From Ginglymostoma cirratum (Eukaryota), in contig JAHRHZ010000072.1 of assembly GCA_024137785.1 (NCBI GenBank), positions 6,007,749 through 6,071,748 on the forward strand: a stretch of 64,000 nt of DNA, read 5' to 3'. Positions 1 through 11,639 of the stretch are shown one piece after another; within the stretch, counting starts at the first letter, position 1; every line of letters starts with the position of its first letter. The notes under the pieces were generated by a model. The model made no database searches, was not told where the DNA came from, and saw nothing but the letters and a program-made list of their open reading frames with translations. The position numbers were made by a program, and so were the translations under genes.

Positions 1-85
1 GACTATATCTAATTCCTTTTTGAAAACATTCAACATTTTGACCTCAACTGTTTTCTGTGGTAAAGAATTCCATAGGCTTTCACCA
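1..85 (-). mobile_element. CR1 LINE 3' fragment
   Basis: Similar to the CR1-tail copy around 4655-4740 (tatctaattcctttttgaaaacattcaa...gaattccatagg). Confidence 0.55.
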
Positions 86-498
86 TTCAAATGTGTGTAC
101 TCGCTCCAATGTATCAAGGCAATGTTAAAAGCTGAAACTGGTGAAAAATGATACCATTATACATCCAAAGGCTGTACACATTGTTCAAGATCAGAACTTA
201 GTGATATTTCCAAGCCCAACATTCAGAAATATAATATCAATACAGTTAAGATGGAAGAAAATTTTTGTGCACTACTAATTACCGCTCTGGACTAAATCTG
301 ATGGTCACCTGTCTTAATTTCTCCCCAACACAGACTGATGTCCAGTCCTATACCATGTTTTCTTCATTTGTGAAATAGCTTGAGGCAAAGGCAGTGTTTG
401 TCCTTGTCAGGTAGATTTATTCCAGCACAGATTTCAAACTGTTCTTAATTCTGAAAAATATTTATGATGTAGATAGTGCCTAACACACTGGATTCAGT

Positions 499-746
499 TT
501 GGAGTAAATAGCAACCAGAAGGTAAACTCTGAACACATTTACTCATATCCTTTGTTTCCACACATTAAGCTGAATATAAAGTTAAGTTATGTCATTCCTT
601 TGACATCCAAGCTGTGACTTTCACTTGGAGCAAATAGCAACCAGAAGGTAAATTCCAATTGCATTTAACAATACTCTGTGTTTCTACATTTTAAGCCGAA
701 TGTGGAATGATGTCATTTCTTTGGACTTCAGATTGTGATTTTAATC
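499..746. repeat. Diverged tandem duplication, two units, period 126 bp
   Basis: ttggag(t/c)aaatagcaaccagaaggtaaa starts at 499 and at 625; the rest of the units also align (aagc.gaat, tgtcatt.cttt, tgtga.ttt). Confidence 0.85.
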
Positions 747-1541
747 ATCCCGACATTCTGAAGCCAAAGCTCCCCCAACAGTAACTAAGACAATTTAGAT
801 GCAAACTAATTGCAAATTAGAGTCTGTACCGATTGCCTCATTTGAACACGTTGAAAGGGCATAAGAATATCACATTCAAGAAGACTCAAGTTTTGTGCTT
901 GTTTCACTAAATTTAATGCATTTCAAGTTAACACATCCTGAACAAATCCTCTTAATATGCAATGCAAATTACACTCTGGCGAGGAAACAGTTTCAGCGGT
1001 ATGATGTGTTCAAAAATAGACTGAGGAATTTAACCCATGATCTCCTCATGAAAACCTAACCGAAAGTGGAATGCTTATTAGCTTTCTTTACGTATTTGTA
1101 TGTTGCCTCCAGAGATCATACAACAGAAATGAAAAATTTTTACTGTAAGCACTCTTCGTTATAAAATTACTACACAAGGGAAATACTTAAGATCCTGGGG
1201 GTATTCAGTACTGTGAAATCTTCACATTGTGAGGTAAATTCCTGCGATAGAGCACCAGAGATACAAACCAGTAGCATTTGCACAATTGATCTTGTGAATT
1301 TACAAACTGCATTTTGCAAGTGAATTTATGATTTGCAAAGCTTTTGATAGTTGGAAAGGCACATCAGCTAGTGATTGGAAGGGCACAACACTAATCATCA
1401 TTGGCAGGCAGCATTTATATTTGACATTATGCCTTTTTGGCCCTAGAAGAGATAGCCTCTAGACACTGCCTCATTTAGTTTTGATACTTCACTTAATTTG
1501 CAGCATTATTGCTAAAGTCAAGGAATTCATAAATGGCTGCA

Positions 1542-1551
1542 CTAAAAATAG
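1542..1551. promoter_or_regulatory. Perfect MEF2 consensus site CTAAAAATAG
   Basis: Exact match to YTAWWWWTAR; AGATAG (GATA) at 1450-1455. Function is not shown. Confidence 0.3.
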
Positions 1552-2279
1552 GCCATCAAAATGTCTTGGTGTCAGCACTGTGAGGTGCTCAACTTTTAAG
1601 GCTAAGATTATATGTTAAGGAATTAACTAGAATAGATTGTTGGTTCCTCATTGTGGTATGAGTGGATTAAAAAAGCAAGGGCATATACATTTTGTGATGC
1701 AGAGACAACACACACTCACAGCAGCCTAACTGTTTCTCCAAATGTGAGGATTTAAAGGAATTATCCTGTAGCTTCATTTTTTTTCTTAAAAGTGTACCAG
1801 CATCTGTACAATACTTTCCAAGATTTGTCAACCTGGTCACCTGTGTCACCGTGACATTATTATATCACGTAGCACTTTGGAAGGAACTAGCATTTTCAAA
1901 ACTATGCTCAGAAAGTTCACACTACAATGGATGGAGCATCTGTCACCACGGGTAATCTGACTGAGCAACTAAAGTTTGGAAACAACCAATGTGCAAATGT
2001 TTGTTATTTAAGCTCATGCTTCTCTGTTCAATAAATTATTTCACCTTTGGCTACTCATGCTGTGGATCAATTAATATTTATAAGATTTGTCAAGATTGTG
2101 TATTTAAAGGAGTAAACATTCCTTGCCCTGCAGAGATGAATTTCAGAAACAGGACTGGGAACAAAGTTGCAAAATAGCACATCCGATCAACTGTTTGGCA
2201 TGTTCTCATCTCTGAGGAAGTGTTGGAGGCTACATTAATGCTGTAGGGACTACAGGCCCAGCAGCAGAGGGTAACTAAA

Positions 2280-2600
2280 CAAATCCATCTATGGACCAAA
2301 TGGGGGCACATTGATTGTGCTGTTGGTGTCTTCCTGATAGTAGACAGGGATTCAATGTCTGACCTTTAACTCAAGGCAACATACTTGCTGCAGGCTGGAC
2401 AGCATTGACTCCTCTCACTCAACCCACTACACAGCTACTGGAATGTGACAATCACAGCCAAATCCCAAATCTACCCTGTGGAGGAGCTCCCCCTCCATTG
2501 AGGTGGCCTGTCAGCTGTTGCCATGCAATGTTTTCATTTTTCTCAATGCTTAAGAAGGAACTTCCATTTTGTGGCACCCTTGCAATCTCTTGCCTGCCTC
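2280..2600 (+). mobile_element. Possible very decayed Harbinger nuclease fragment
   Basis: ORF 2405 LTPLTQPTTQLLECDNHSQ...GGA...CC weakly resembles Harbinger LMTPLRxPxTxAExxYNxSH...GGAL...CCALHN. Confidence 0.3.
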
Positions 2601-4507
2601 AGCAGCTCCTACATTTCCCAGTGGAGCGAGCAGTTGGACATTGTTGTGGATCCTGCTATTAGGCCTTCTAATTACCTAGGCCGCTTGCCATTCCTAAATA
2701 TCCTGAGGTCACTGAGGATTATTCATAAGCAGTCACCTCCAGGAACATTGAAACTGACACTAGTCCATGTCTACTTCTGGATCCTTTACCTGGAATTAAG
2801 ACCAACATTGAGATGGTAAACCAATCCAATGAGCTCAATCCATGTCAAATGAACCAGTCATCCATGGGACTACATTTAAGATGATGCAAAAATATCCCGC
2901 TCAAGAGATGACTGCAGAGTTTTATTATTCTTGGAATTATATATGGAACAATGTGGCTGCATGTTTATATTCATATAGAATAACCTCATTCGCAAATGGC
3001 ATCTGTACATTTTTATTTATCATATTTCCACAATGGTAAAACAAAGGGATGCATTGAAAAAGCAGTGGAGGCTATTGGTTTGTTACTGTGCAGTCTGAAA
3101 TCAGGAATAAACTTATTAACATGCTTTTTGCCCAGAAACTTAGCAAATGTATCAGCCTTTAAACTGTTTAATTAAGTACTGAGAGCAGTTTCATAAACGT
3201 TTTAATATGCTTATTGCTAACACTCACAAAGTAATTTTGCCATTTTGATTTTTATGGAGGCTGAAGAAGCAGAGCCAGCCTCATGGGATCTCTACTCCCT
3301 TCCCTTTAACATATACCCCAACTCTAGCAGCCAGCACCATGCGGAGGGTTTCCAGCTATATCACAGACAAAAGCTGCAGCGAGATGCATATTCGGTAGCC
3401 CCAGGCCTTCAAAAAGTTCAGCTTCTGAATGCAGGGTGCAAGCTGGCAGTGCCAGCTGTCCATTTCAAGTGATAGCCAAAACTGCTCCAGTTGGAGAGAT
3501 AGCACCAGCACTGGACAAAGGAGTAGATTGCATCCTTCTGTCTTTTAGTTCAATTCCATTTGGCCACTTTGTTTATTTCTGTGAATAATTTAATAAAATC
3601 TGTAATTGCAAATGAGATCACTGAAAACACACAATTTGTGCATCAAGTGAGACCATGGTGTTCTTCCAATAAACCACTTCTTTTAAGGTGTCTTACTGTG
3701 CATTCATTATGGCAGCTAGTTAATGTGCAAGTAATTGACATTGATTAAATATTGAGCTTCTGGACAGGAGGAATCTCACTGCCCACCACCGTGAACTACA
3801 TGTCCATTTGTAAGTGCTACTTTTTGGCTTTTAAATAATTCCTGTGGTTTCTATGACAATGTTATTTATATCACAACATCTCCGCAGCTTTTTCACATTT
3901 CACAAAAATAATGTCACAATTAAGAACAGATGGCAATGTGGGAAAAAAAAAATCATATGGATGTCACCTGACTCAGCACAGAATTTTTGTGGCAATCTCA
4001 TTCCTACTCAACATTAAAATTTACATCATTCATCATTCAAATGTTAGTAACTTATCTAAATGTTGTTTTTCATCTGTGTGATATAAATAAGGAAGGTAAA
4101 GGCCTGATCTACGCTGCACTCATGCTGCTGCCAGTAATTCATTGTGCTGCCTGTGGAAATTACACTTTTTGTCCTTTTATTTCACCCCTTTCTGTTGAAA
4201 TTTTAACAAATTATTTCTTTCAAATTCAGTGTCTCAGACCCCTTGCGTAGGTTATATCACCACAGATGGCCTTTTCCATCATTTGTAACAAGTCCAGGAA
4301 TTGAAGACTACTTACTGAATTGTAGCCAGTTTACTTGCCTCCTAGATGCTTTCTCAATTTTAGAATACTGCAAATAAATCGCGATGCTTAACCTATAAAC
4401 TGTCAAATCGATCTACTAATCAGTTCATGGATAAAGGTACAATAGTGATGAATCCTTGTTGTTTTAACATGTCCACACCATCATTATCTGTCCTTGGAAG
4501 TCAAATA

Positions 4508-4790
4508 ATAGAAACATCATCAAAAATAGGAGCAGAAGAAGGCTATTCAACCCTTCCAACCTTTTCCACTGTTCTACATGACCATGGCTGATCATCCGAC
4601 TCAGTATTCTGTTCCAGCTTTCTCCCTATACCCTTTGATTCCCTTATCCCTAAGAACTGTATCTAACTCCTTCTTGAAAGCATTTATTGCTTTGGTCTCA
4701 AATACTTCCTGAATTCCATGGGTTCAACATTCTGGGTGAAGAAATGTCTCCATATCTCTGTCCTAAATGGCCTACCCATAATCCTTAGAT
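4508..4790 (-). mobile_element. CR1 LINE 3' end
   Basis: aaataggagcagaagaaggctattcaaccctt...tctccctataccctttgattccc is the reverse complement of a CR1 3' tail; the same family is on + at 32250-32470. Confidence 0.75.
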
Positions 4791-4853
4791 GGTGGTTGTA
4801 ACATTGGTCACTGCCACTGTGTTAAACTGTAGTGCAACCTGACCTTTCACTAT

Positions 4854-6291
4854 GGACCAGATTTTCATGGAAGCAGGAATTCTTGAGAGCGATTCTGGGA
4901 TTACTGACCCCACTCATAGCACCACAAGGAATGGGATTGTGCTGAGGCTAATGAAATTGCACTCTGCACCAGACCTAACCAGCTCAGTTGCAGCAGTAGG
5001 CACCTCAAGGCACTCCAACAGATTTTGTGGAGTTAGGTGAACTCCTCCATGGCTTAAAATTCAAAGACCCTCAGAGGAATCATGAGCCATAATCTGGATT
5101 AGGGAACCTAATTAGGGAAAATAAATTCATAAGATCTAACGCATGTTCCCTAGCCACTTCTCATGCCCACTCCATACCAACATCATGCCAATTTATGCCT
5201 CTAATCACTCCCCATTGGCTCCATATCCTCCTTTCCAACTCAATGCCACCTAATGCCCCCTAAAACCATCGGGCCTCCATGTCAGCATACTGCTGACTCA
5301 CGGCCCACAAGCACTCCTATGGTCTTTCGTACTTTTTATGCAAACTCAATGTCAGCTCATGCTCATTTCATACCCATTCAATCATATACACAGTATGTAC
5401 CGAAGCAATGAAACATGTATTAACCACTGCAACTGTGGAATTGTTAAGGTAAATACAAACCCATTCAAAAATACTCTTTGGGAAATGAACTGGTGTTCCA
5501 ATAACCCTATATACATCTCAATTAGTGAGATTATTATGAGGAATCAATAAACAAACATTTCATACTACTTAACCTGTCAAAATAAACAGTGAGACAATGA
5601 CCAAAGAGATCACAGAAGGAATAACTATTACAACTATTTAAAGGTGTCAATCAGGCAAAGTCAGCAAGTCAACTTACTTGGTCAAAACTGAATCCCTGCT
5701 GAGATCATGTTTTTATTGGTCTTGACATTTAGCCAAGCATTCATAATGGGGACTGGTGTAAATCAAGATGGCTCATTATGGTTCATTGGCACAGAGTGCA
5801 TGAGGTGCCATGAGGAGTGGCTGAAAGGAGTGAGACGGTGTAAAGAATGAGGGCTGGTGGGCCTAAGCCACAGAATCAGAAGTCCTAAGGCACAGGAGGA
5901 GGTTGTTCGGGCCATTGTATTTGCACTAGCTCTTCAAAAGAATATAATTACTTCCTGCCAATTTCCTGCTTTCCTTCCCATCCCCCTTCCACATTACTGT
6001 GATCCAAATAAACATCCATTGCCCTCTTGAATGCCTCAATTGTACAGTAGATGGGCTTATTACAACTGGGACAAAGTCACGAAGAATCGAGGCAAGCTTT
6101 CTAACCAGCCTGCCTTGGCACTCACCTGTCTGCTCCCTGCCGTGGTTGACTACAATTTATTTTCTGAGTTCCTAGATCTAACTCTGACACCACATCCCCA
6201 AAATCAAAATGACACTATTCGACTATTTTCATCTGAAGCGAGCCGACAGAGTCCAGTCAAGCTGCTCATCTCAGGAGTGAAAATATGGCCC
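4854..6291. mobile_element. Non-autonomous DNA transposon (Harbinger-like MITE) with short TIRs
   Basis: Left GGACCAGATTTTCA versus reverse complement of right end GGGCCATATTTTCA (12/14). C-rich catgcc-type block at ~5160-5330 is mirrored by a G-rich block at ~5780-5860. A CR1 tail is nested at ~5870-6045. Confidence 0.5.
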
Positions 6292-7613
6292 AAGTTCTTC
6301 ACAAATTACTTTTGTTTTGCTGTTGATTATTGGTGACCAGCCACAGGCTCTTTCAGCCTGTCTACTCGTTTCTGATAGTTTCAGGCAGAATTTTCGATTC
6401 GAACAAAATATTCAGTGTATTTTCTTTACTTCTGGCTTAAGTGTTTTCATTGCTGTATGTATCATACTGGGAACTGGCCTTAAATTATTTAAGGTCCTAA
6501 TGAAGGACATAGATTATGATTAAAGGTGGTTGTTGGGATGTTGTTTACGGTCATCAGGTTGTTTTTAGGAGGCTCATATGATGGAACAATGACTCATCAG
6601 ATGTTCTGAAAACCAAATCATTTATTGAAACTGTAACAAAGTACTTGTAACAAATGTGTAGCTGTCCAATGTGTCCGTACATAAATGCATCACATGTGTG
6701 TGGTTACTGAATAACGCAGATTCTTGAACATATCTGAATAGACACCAGCTTTAGCTCACCAAGCTGAACCTGATTACAAGCAGTCATAAGGACAGTATGA
6801 TTGACTTCAGGACCCTTGGGCTATGCAAGGAAACTGGCCTTGATTGACCTCTGTTCAAAGCTACACTCAAGTGAGGACAGGAACAAGTAATCCTGAGATA
6901 TTCTCCACAGATGCGTAGCTTGTGAACACCCACTGGATGGTCTCAAACATCATTAAGGTCAAGTGGGCACAGTACAAGAGAGCTGCATTTAAACCAGTAG
7001 AACTGCATACTAGTATACATTAGCCTCTAGGAAAGAATGAAGATGGCTGAAAATAATTTTGGCACCAATCTGTGATATGATGAAATTATTGCTTCACACA
7101 TGGTCATCTCCCTATAACCTCTCCATTTTAAAAAAGTGGCTCACAAAATATTCTCCTTAGTTACACTTTCCCTTTTGTATTTGCCAAAACAAAACATCTG
7201 AGATCAAGGTTTTCCCTCACCACGAAGCTGTTGTCTATAATAAGACAATACAGTTATTAATAGTTATCTGGACAAAGGCTAATAAGATTGTTTTGATTTG
7301 TTTTAAGGAGATAAAGATACTCCTTCACTGCGTCTGGTCCACAAATGAGCTGAGTAATAGTAAAGATGTCAAAGGGAATTTTGATGGGCTCATTTTATTT
7401 GCTGACACCTTCACAAATACTGAATGAGAGTCTCTGTGAACAAATAGGCCACTGAATACTAATCAAATGGTTGTTTTCAGCATTAAAAAAAACCCACTCA
7501 CACATAAATTCCTGATGATGAGTGCTCAATCATTACTATGATTCCAATATAGGCCAGAACCATTTTTGAGAGATAAAACTCCATAGAACAATATTTCCTC
7601 TTTTAGTGCTTAC

Positions 7614-8443
7614 CTGGACTGGGTCAGTTTCTCGTCTCAACTGTTCCGGCTGCTGTTTACGTTGACAAACAGGAAACTCACATGATCCTTCAGCAGGTCT
7701 GAGGTCAAGAGAATTGGTTTGCATCTGGTCACTAAGCCACAACTGAGTCCTCAAGCATGATGGGGCTGTTGAGCCACGAACAGGTTGATTCTCCAGCAAG
7801 TTAAAACTGTGTCTTTTTCCAGAAGCATCCCAGTCAGCTGACGTTGTTTTGTCAGCATGTAAGGCACTGAACTTCAAATCTAAGTGGTTTTTGCTGGATG
7901 TAGTAGCTGGAAAAGAAGAGTCCCCAGCACCTCTACAAAAGTTCTCATATTTGTAATGCCCATGAAAAACTGAAGACTGGTTCTGGGTGGGCTCTTTCGA
8001 ACATGTGCCCCAACTCTGTGTGTCTTCGATCCTCAAATGTTCCAACTTGTGACATGTAGTAAAATTGTCCGGGACATTTACTCCATATGCATTTGGCTCC
8101 ACATTGCAGTTTGATAGATCTTCCATATTGTTTATAGAATCCACACTTCCAGTAGCCCCACACTCAGGGTCACCCTTCTCTGCATCAATGAGTTTGGAGA
8201 GTGATGACCATTTCCTGATAGGTCTAGGATCCTTCATATCTAAAATTGTTTTTGGTGTAGAAAGGTTTTTTGGCTTGCCAAACTGTGTCAAGGCCACATT
8301 ACATTTAGTACAGGCATCTCCATCCTGACATCCAGGTCTAGCTGATGAGGAATTGGAGGTGGAAGGCATGACATGGGCTGTGGGGATGGTAATGAGAGAT
8401 CTGTTTGGTTTGAAGGATGAGATGCCACTTGAGCTGGAGTGGT
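7614..8443 (-). CDS. CEP85L: Internal coding exon of centrosomal protein 85-like (large exon, exon 3 in human numbering)
   Basis: Translation [28 protein letters not shown]...[18 protein letters not shown]...RTQLWLSDQMQTNSL matches recalled human CEP85L ([28 protein letters not shown]...[18 protein letters not shown]...RTQMWLTEQLRTNPL). Acceptor ttcatAG|AC at 8444/8443 follows a pyrimidine tract; donor CAG|GTAAGC at 7614/7613. 830 bp = 2 nt + 276 codons, with no stop. Confidence 0.93.
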
Positions 8444-8789
8444 CTATGAAGGCAAAGAGAAAAATATTCAATTTATTGGAACAGCAGGGAAAACTTTACT
8501 ACTATTGAAAACAGGACTATCTGAAGGATCTTAGTTTTGAAGGAGACCTTCATTGGAACACAGTTCAATAACCATAAGCTATCGAAATTAATTAAATCAA
8601 TTAATCAAAATACTTTCAGTAACTTCATAAACTATCAGAAATATAACTAATAACTAAATATTTTACTAACTACAAATATTGACAAGATAACATCATTGCT
8701 TAGAGCCCTGACCTCTGAATTGGTAGTAAGCATTGACAAATCAGAGGGGTTTGAAGTTGTGCTTAAAAAGAGAAGTCTGACACTAATAT

Positions 8790-9165
8790 TGCAATAGTTA
8801 TAATTTCAAGACATCCCAATGCATATCACAACCAATAAAGTATTTTAAAGTGTTTCCACTGTTGTAAAGTAAAATACATGGTATAAAATGTGTGCTTATA
8901 AAAGTTAGACAAACAGTACTCAGAAAATGGTTAAATAACCTGCTTTCACCATGCTGGTTGAAGGATAAACATTGGCCCAGAAAATTCTCCTGCCTCCTTC
9001 AAATCAAGTCCACCCAAAAGGGAGTTGGGCTTCAGTTTAATGTCCCATTTGAAGGGCAGCACATTTGACAGTGTAACAATTCTTCTGCACTGCAGTAGAA
9101 TACCAGCTAGATTTTATGCTCAGGTCTTGGGAGTAGAATTTGAGTCTGCAACTTGTTTTGTTCTG
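8790..9165 (-). mobile_element. Ancient LF-SINE-like element
   Basis: gggcttcagtttaatgtcccatttgaagggcagcacatttgacagtgtaacaattc resembles the recalled LF-SINE-type core gggcctcggtttaacgtctcatccgaaagacggcacctccgacagtgcagcactc. Confidence 0.6.
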
Positions 9166-9519
9166 ACTTCTTCCAGACAACTTCTTTCTGGCTTAGTGGC
9201 TATTGCCAATAGGTGATATGGCTTAGCACTCCTTTTCATGTAAGTCACTACTTTGACCAAGTAATTAGTCTGGATTTTTGTGGTAGCTGGGCAATGAAAC
9301 TGGCGTTGTTCACTGTCTTTACTGCTCTGAAGCTGACAACTTGTGGATGCCACATTTGACACAAAGCTGACGCAGAAGGGTAGAATCTGCTCCCAGTGTG
9401 ATTCTAAACTTCTCCACAGAGGACGCTGTCACTCATACCCAGAATATTCTGTCAATTCTGGGCATTACACTCTATAAAGGATATTTTAACATTTGAGGCA
9501 ATGGAAAGAGGATTTGCTA

Positions 9520-9930
9520 AAATTACATTGAATTACTCCAATGAGTTAAATTGCAAGGAGAATTTTTTTTTTAAATGAGGTTGCAAATCCTAGAATTCAG
9601 AAAGTTTAGGGTTGATTTGGACAAAGTTTTTGTGATATTAAAGGGAATTCTTTCAGGGATTCTGCTGGTTAAAGAATCTAGGATGAGGGAACACAGCCTG
9701 AAAATTAGAGCCTGGCCTTTCAGGATTGCTGATAGGAAACACATCTCTAGGATAAGGGTAGGATACATCCGAAACCCTTCCCCAAATGATAGGTGATAGA
9801 TAAATTTAAACCTGAGATTGATGGATTTCAGATTGATAAACTAACAAGGAATAGTTAATATGAGATATGGGGCTGGCGGGAGTGGGAGTCAGAAGCAAAT
9901 ATAAGATGTTCTGTCACAGCTCAGCCATGG
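9520..9930 (+). mobile_element. CR1 LINE, ORF2 C-terminus and 3' UTR, decayed
   Basis: LEFRKFRVDLDKVFVILKG...ESRMREHSLKI matches CR1 LExRRLRGDLIEVFKILKG...ESRTRGHSLKI. Confidence 0.8.
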
Positions 9931-10164
9931 AGTTCTGTCCTACTCGACCCCACTGGACGTGATTGTAATATAAATATAAATATGGTGGCCTTCCCTCATA
10001 CCTTTCAGCTGACTCCCCTTAAGCCCACTGCCCACCAACCCACCATGTTCACGTGAATAATTAAAGGTGGGGTAGGTTTACAAAGCCTAGAACCTATCTA
10101 CAAGGAGGACAGTGGGAAACCCATTACTTTATGGCCGAGCAGACAACAAGATGGAAATTGGGAA

Positions 10165-10592
10165 CAAAACAGTACGGAGCTGGACGAACGCAGCAGGCCA
10201 GGCAGCATCAGAGGAGCAGGAAAGCTGATGTTTCGGGTCGGGACCCTTCTTCAGAAATGGGAAGGGGGAAGGTAGGTTGGATGGTGATAGGTGAATGCAG
10301 GTAGGGACTGGTGGGGATTTTCAGTGAGGTGGGAGGGGCAGATAGATGTGAGAGAAGATGGACAGGTTGTGTCAGGTCAAGGAGGCGGGAATGAGAGGTA
10401 GGGTTGGACATGAGACGTGGCTGGGGGTGGGGAGATTTTAAAACCGATGAATTCCATGTTTCAGCCATCGAGCTGTAGGTTCCCGAGGCGGAATATGAGA
10501 TGTTGCTCCACCAGTTTGCGGGTGGTGTCATTGTGGCACTGGAGGAGGCCCAGGATGGACATGTCACCCAGGGAGTGGGAGGGGGTGTTAAA
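10165..10592 (-). mobile_element. Penelope-like element 3' fragment (GIY-YIG C-terminus plus terminal repeat)
   Basis: HFNTPSHSLGDMSILGLLQCHNDTTRKLVEQHLIFRLG is closely similar to the copy at 35285-35656. Confidence 0.88.
10227..10254 (-). ncRNA. Minimal hammerhead-ribozyme-like core in Penelope terminus
   Basis: Minus strand reads CTGAAGA-A-GGGTC-CC-GACCC-GAAAC-ATC: CUGANGA box, helix II, GAAA box and NUH triplet. Helix I is not evident. Confidence 0.55.
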
Positions 10593-11639
10593 ATGGACCT
10601 CCAAAACAAACTGTCCCTCCCCCACCAATCTCTCACCCTGGATTCTCACAATCATCCCCACTCTAAAACCCTGAGACTTACCTTTCTGAATGCGCCTGAC
10701 CATTCTAACGTTTCTTCCTAAAGTCCCAGCAATGTGCTCTAGTGAGGTCTGGTATTCTCAGGACTGCTGAAGCTGGCAGAGGTGAACAGTCTACCTACCT
10801 CTAAAATGCAGCCCATGATTTCATCGAATGATACAACAAGCGCCTAAACAGCTTACAAGTAGCCTTGGTGCGCCTATGAATACTATACGCAGAATAGAAC
10901 AAATGAATGATCTGTTCCTGTTTATATAATCCATTCAGCAAGTTCCTGCACTGTTGAAAATCTGAAGAGATGGGCTCAGCTTAACCAATAACCCTTTGAG
11001 TCTGCTCAGCAAAATCATGGTTTATCTTTCACCTCTCCTCCAGTTTCCCACATATCCCCATGAGATTTGATTCCCTTTATACTCAAGAACCTAGGCAAGA
11101 ACATGGATGCTTGACAAAGAAAGGAATTAAACCATGGCACCCGTTGAGTCTGTAAGGCAGAGAAAAAAGAATCTGAAGGAAATCCAACCAACAACATTAA
11201 TTTCCAATCTGTGCAAACTGGGAATACCATTAAATGTAAGGAGGGAGTGAGAGGTTTAAAGATTAAAAGGCTGGAGAGGAAGGAAATATTTAACAACATA
11301 CAGCTATTAAAATGTATTTCTATGATTTTTGAGAAAAATTAGTACTTCGATAGATATTTCACTCACAGTACAATATTTACAAATTGCAGTAATAGGCAAC
11401 ATTACTGCTGTAGCATTGCTGGCAAAGAATGCCCTCTGGTGTTTAACCTGGGAATTGTTACTTTGTTCAGTGACAAAACCATCATCAGCATAAGAGCTGG
11501 CTGCAGTTCCAGTCTGTTTCCTTGAATCTTTCAGTAATCTTCAGAATTTCAGAGAATTTATTTTTCAGTATTTTGATATGTGTAAATCAAACTCTTAAAA
11601 TGCTTTAGCACGATCAATGTTTTCCCAGTTGCACGAATA

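Noticed and set aside
499-746. CRISPR-like repeat-spacer array
   Set aside because: Only two units, the intervening sequences are homologous to each other, and the context is vertebrate
3847-3860. RFX X-box-like GTTTCTATGACAAT
   Set aside because: Two mismatches to consensus and isolated; expected by chance in 64 kb
6317-6523. Short ORF with a hydrophobic C-terminal stretch as a PLN or sarcolipin-like micropeptide
   Set aside because: Non-ATG start and no RRAST or LFxNF..ILI motif; the hydrophobicity is explained by T-rich sequence
6520-7050. Possible solo LTR
   Set aside because: A reverse poly(A) signal is present, but there are no definable TG..CA ends or TSD
7536-8471. 311-aa ORF as a standalone gene
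   Set aside because: Its ends (MNIFLFAFI and VSTKRG...) are read-through into intron; splice sites bound the true exon at 7614-8443
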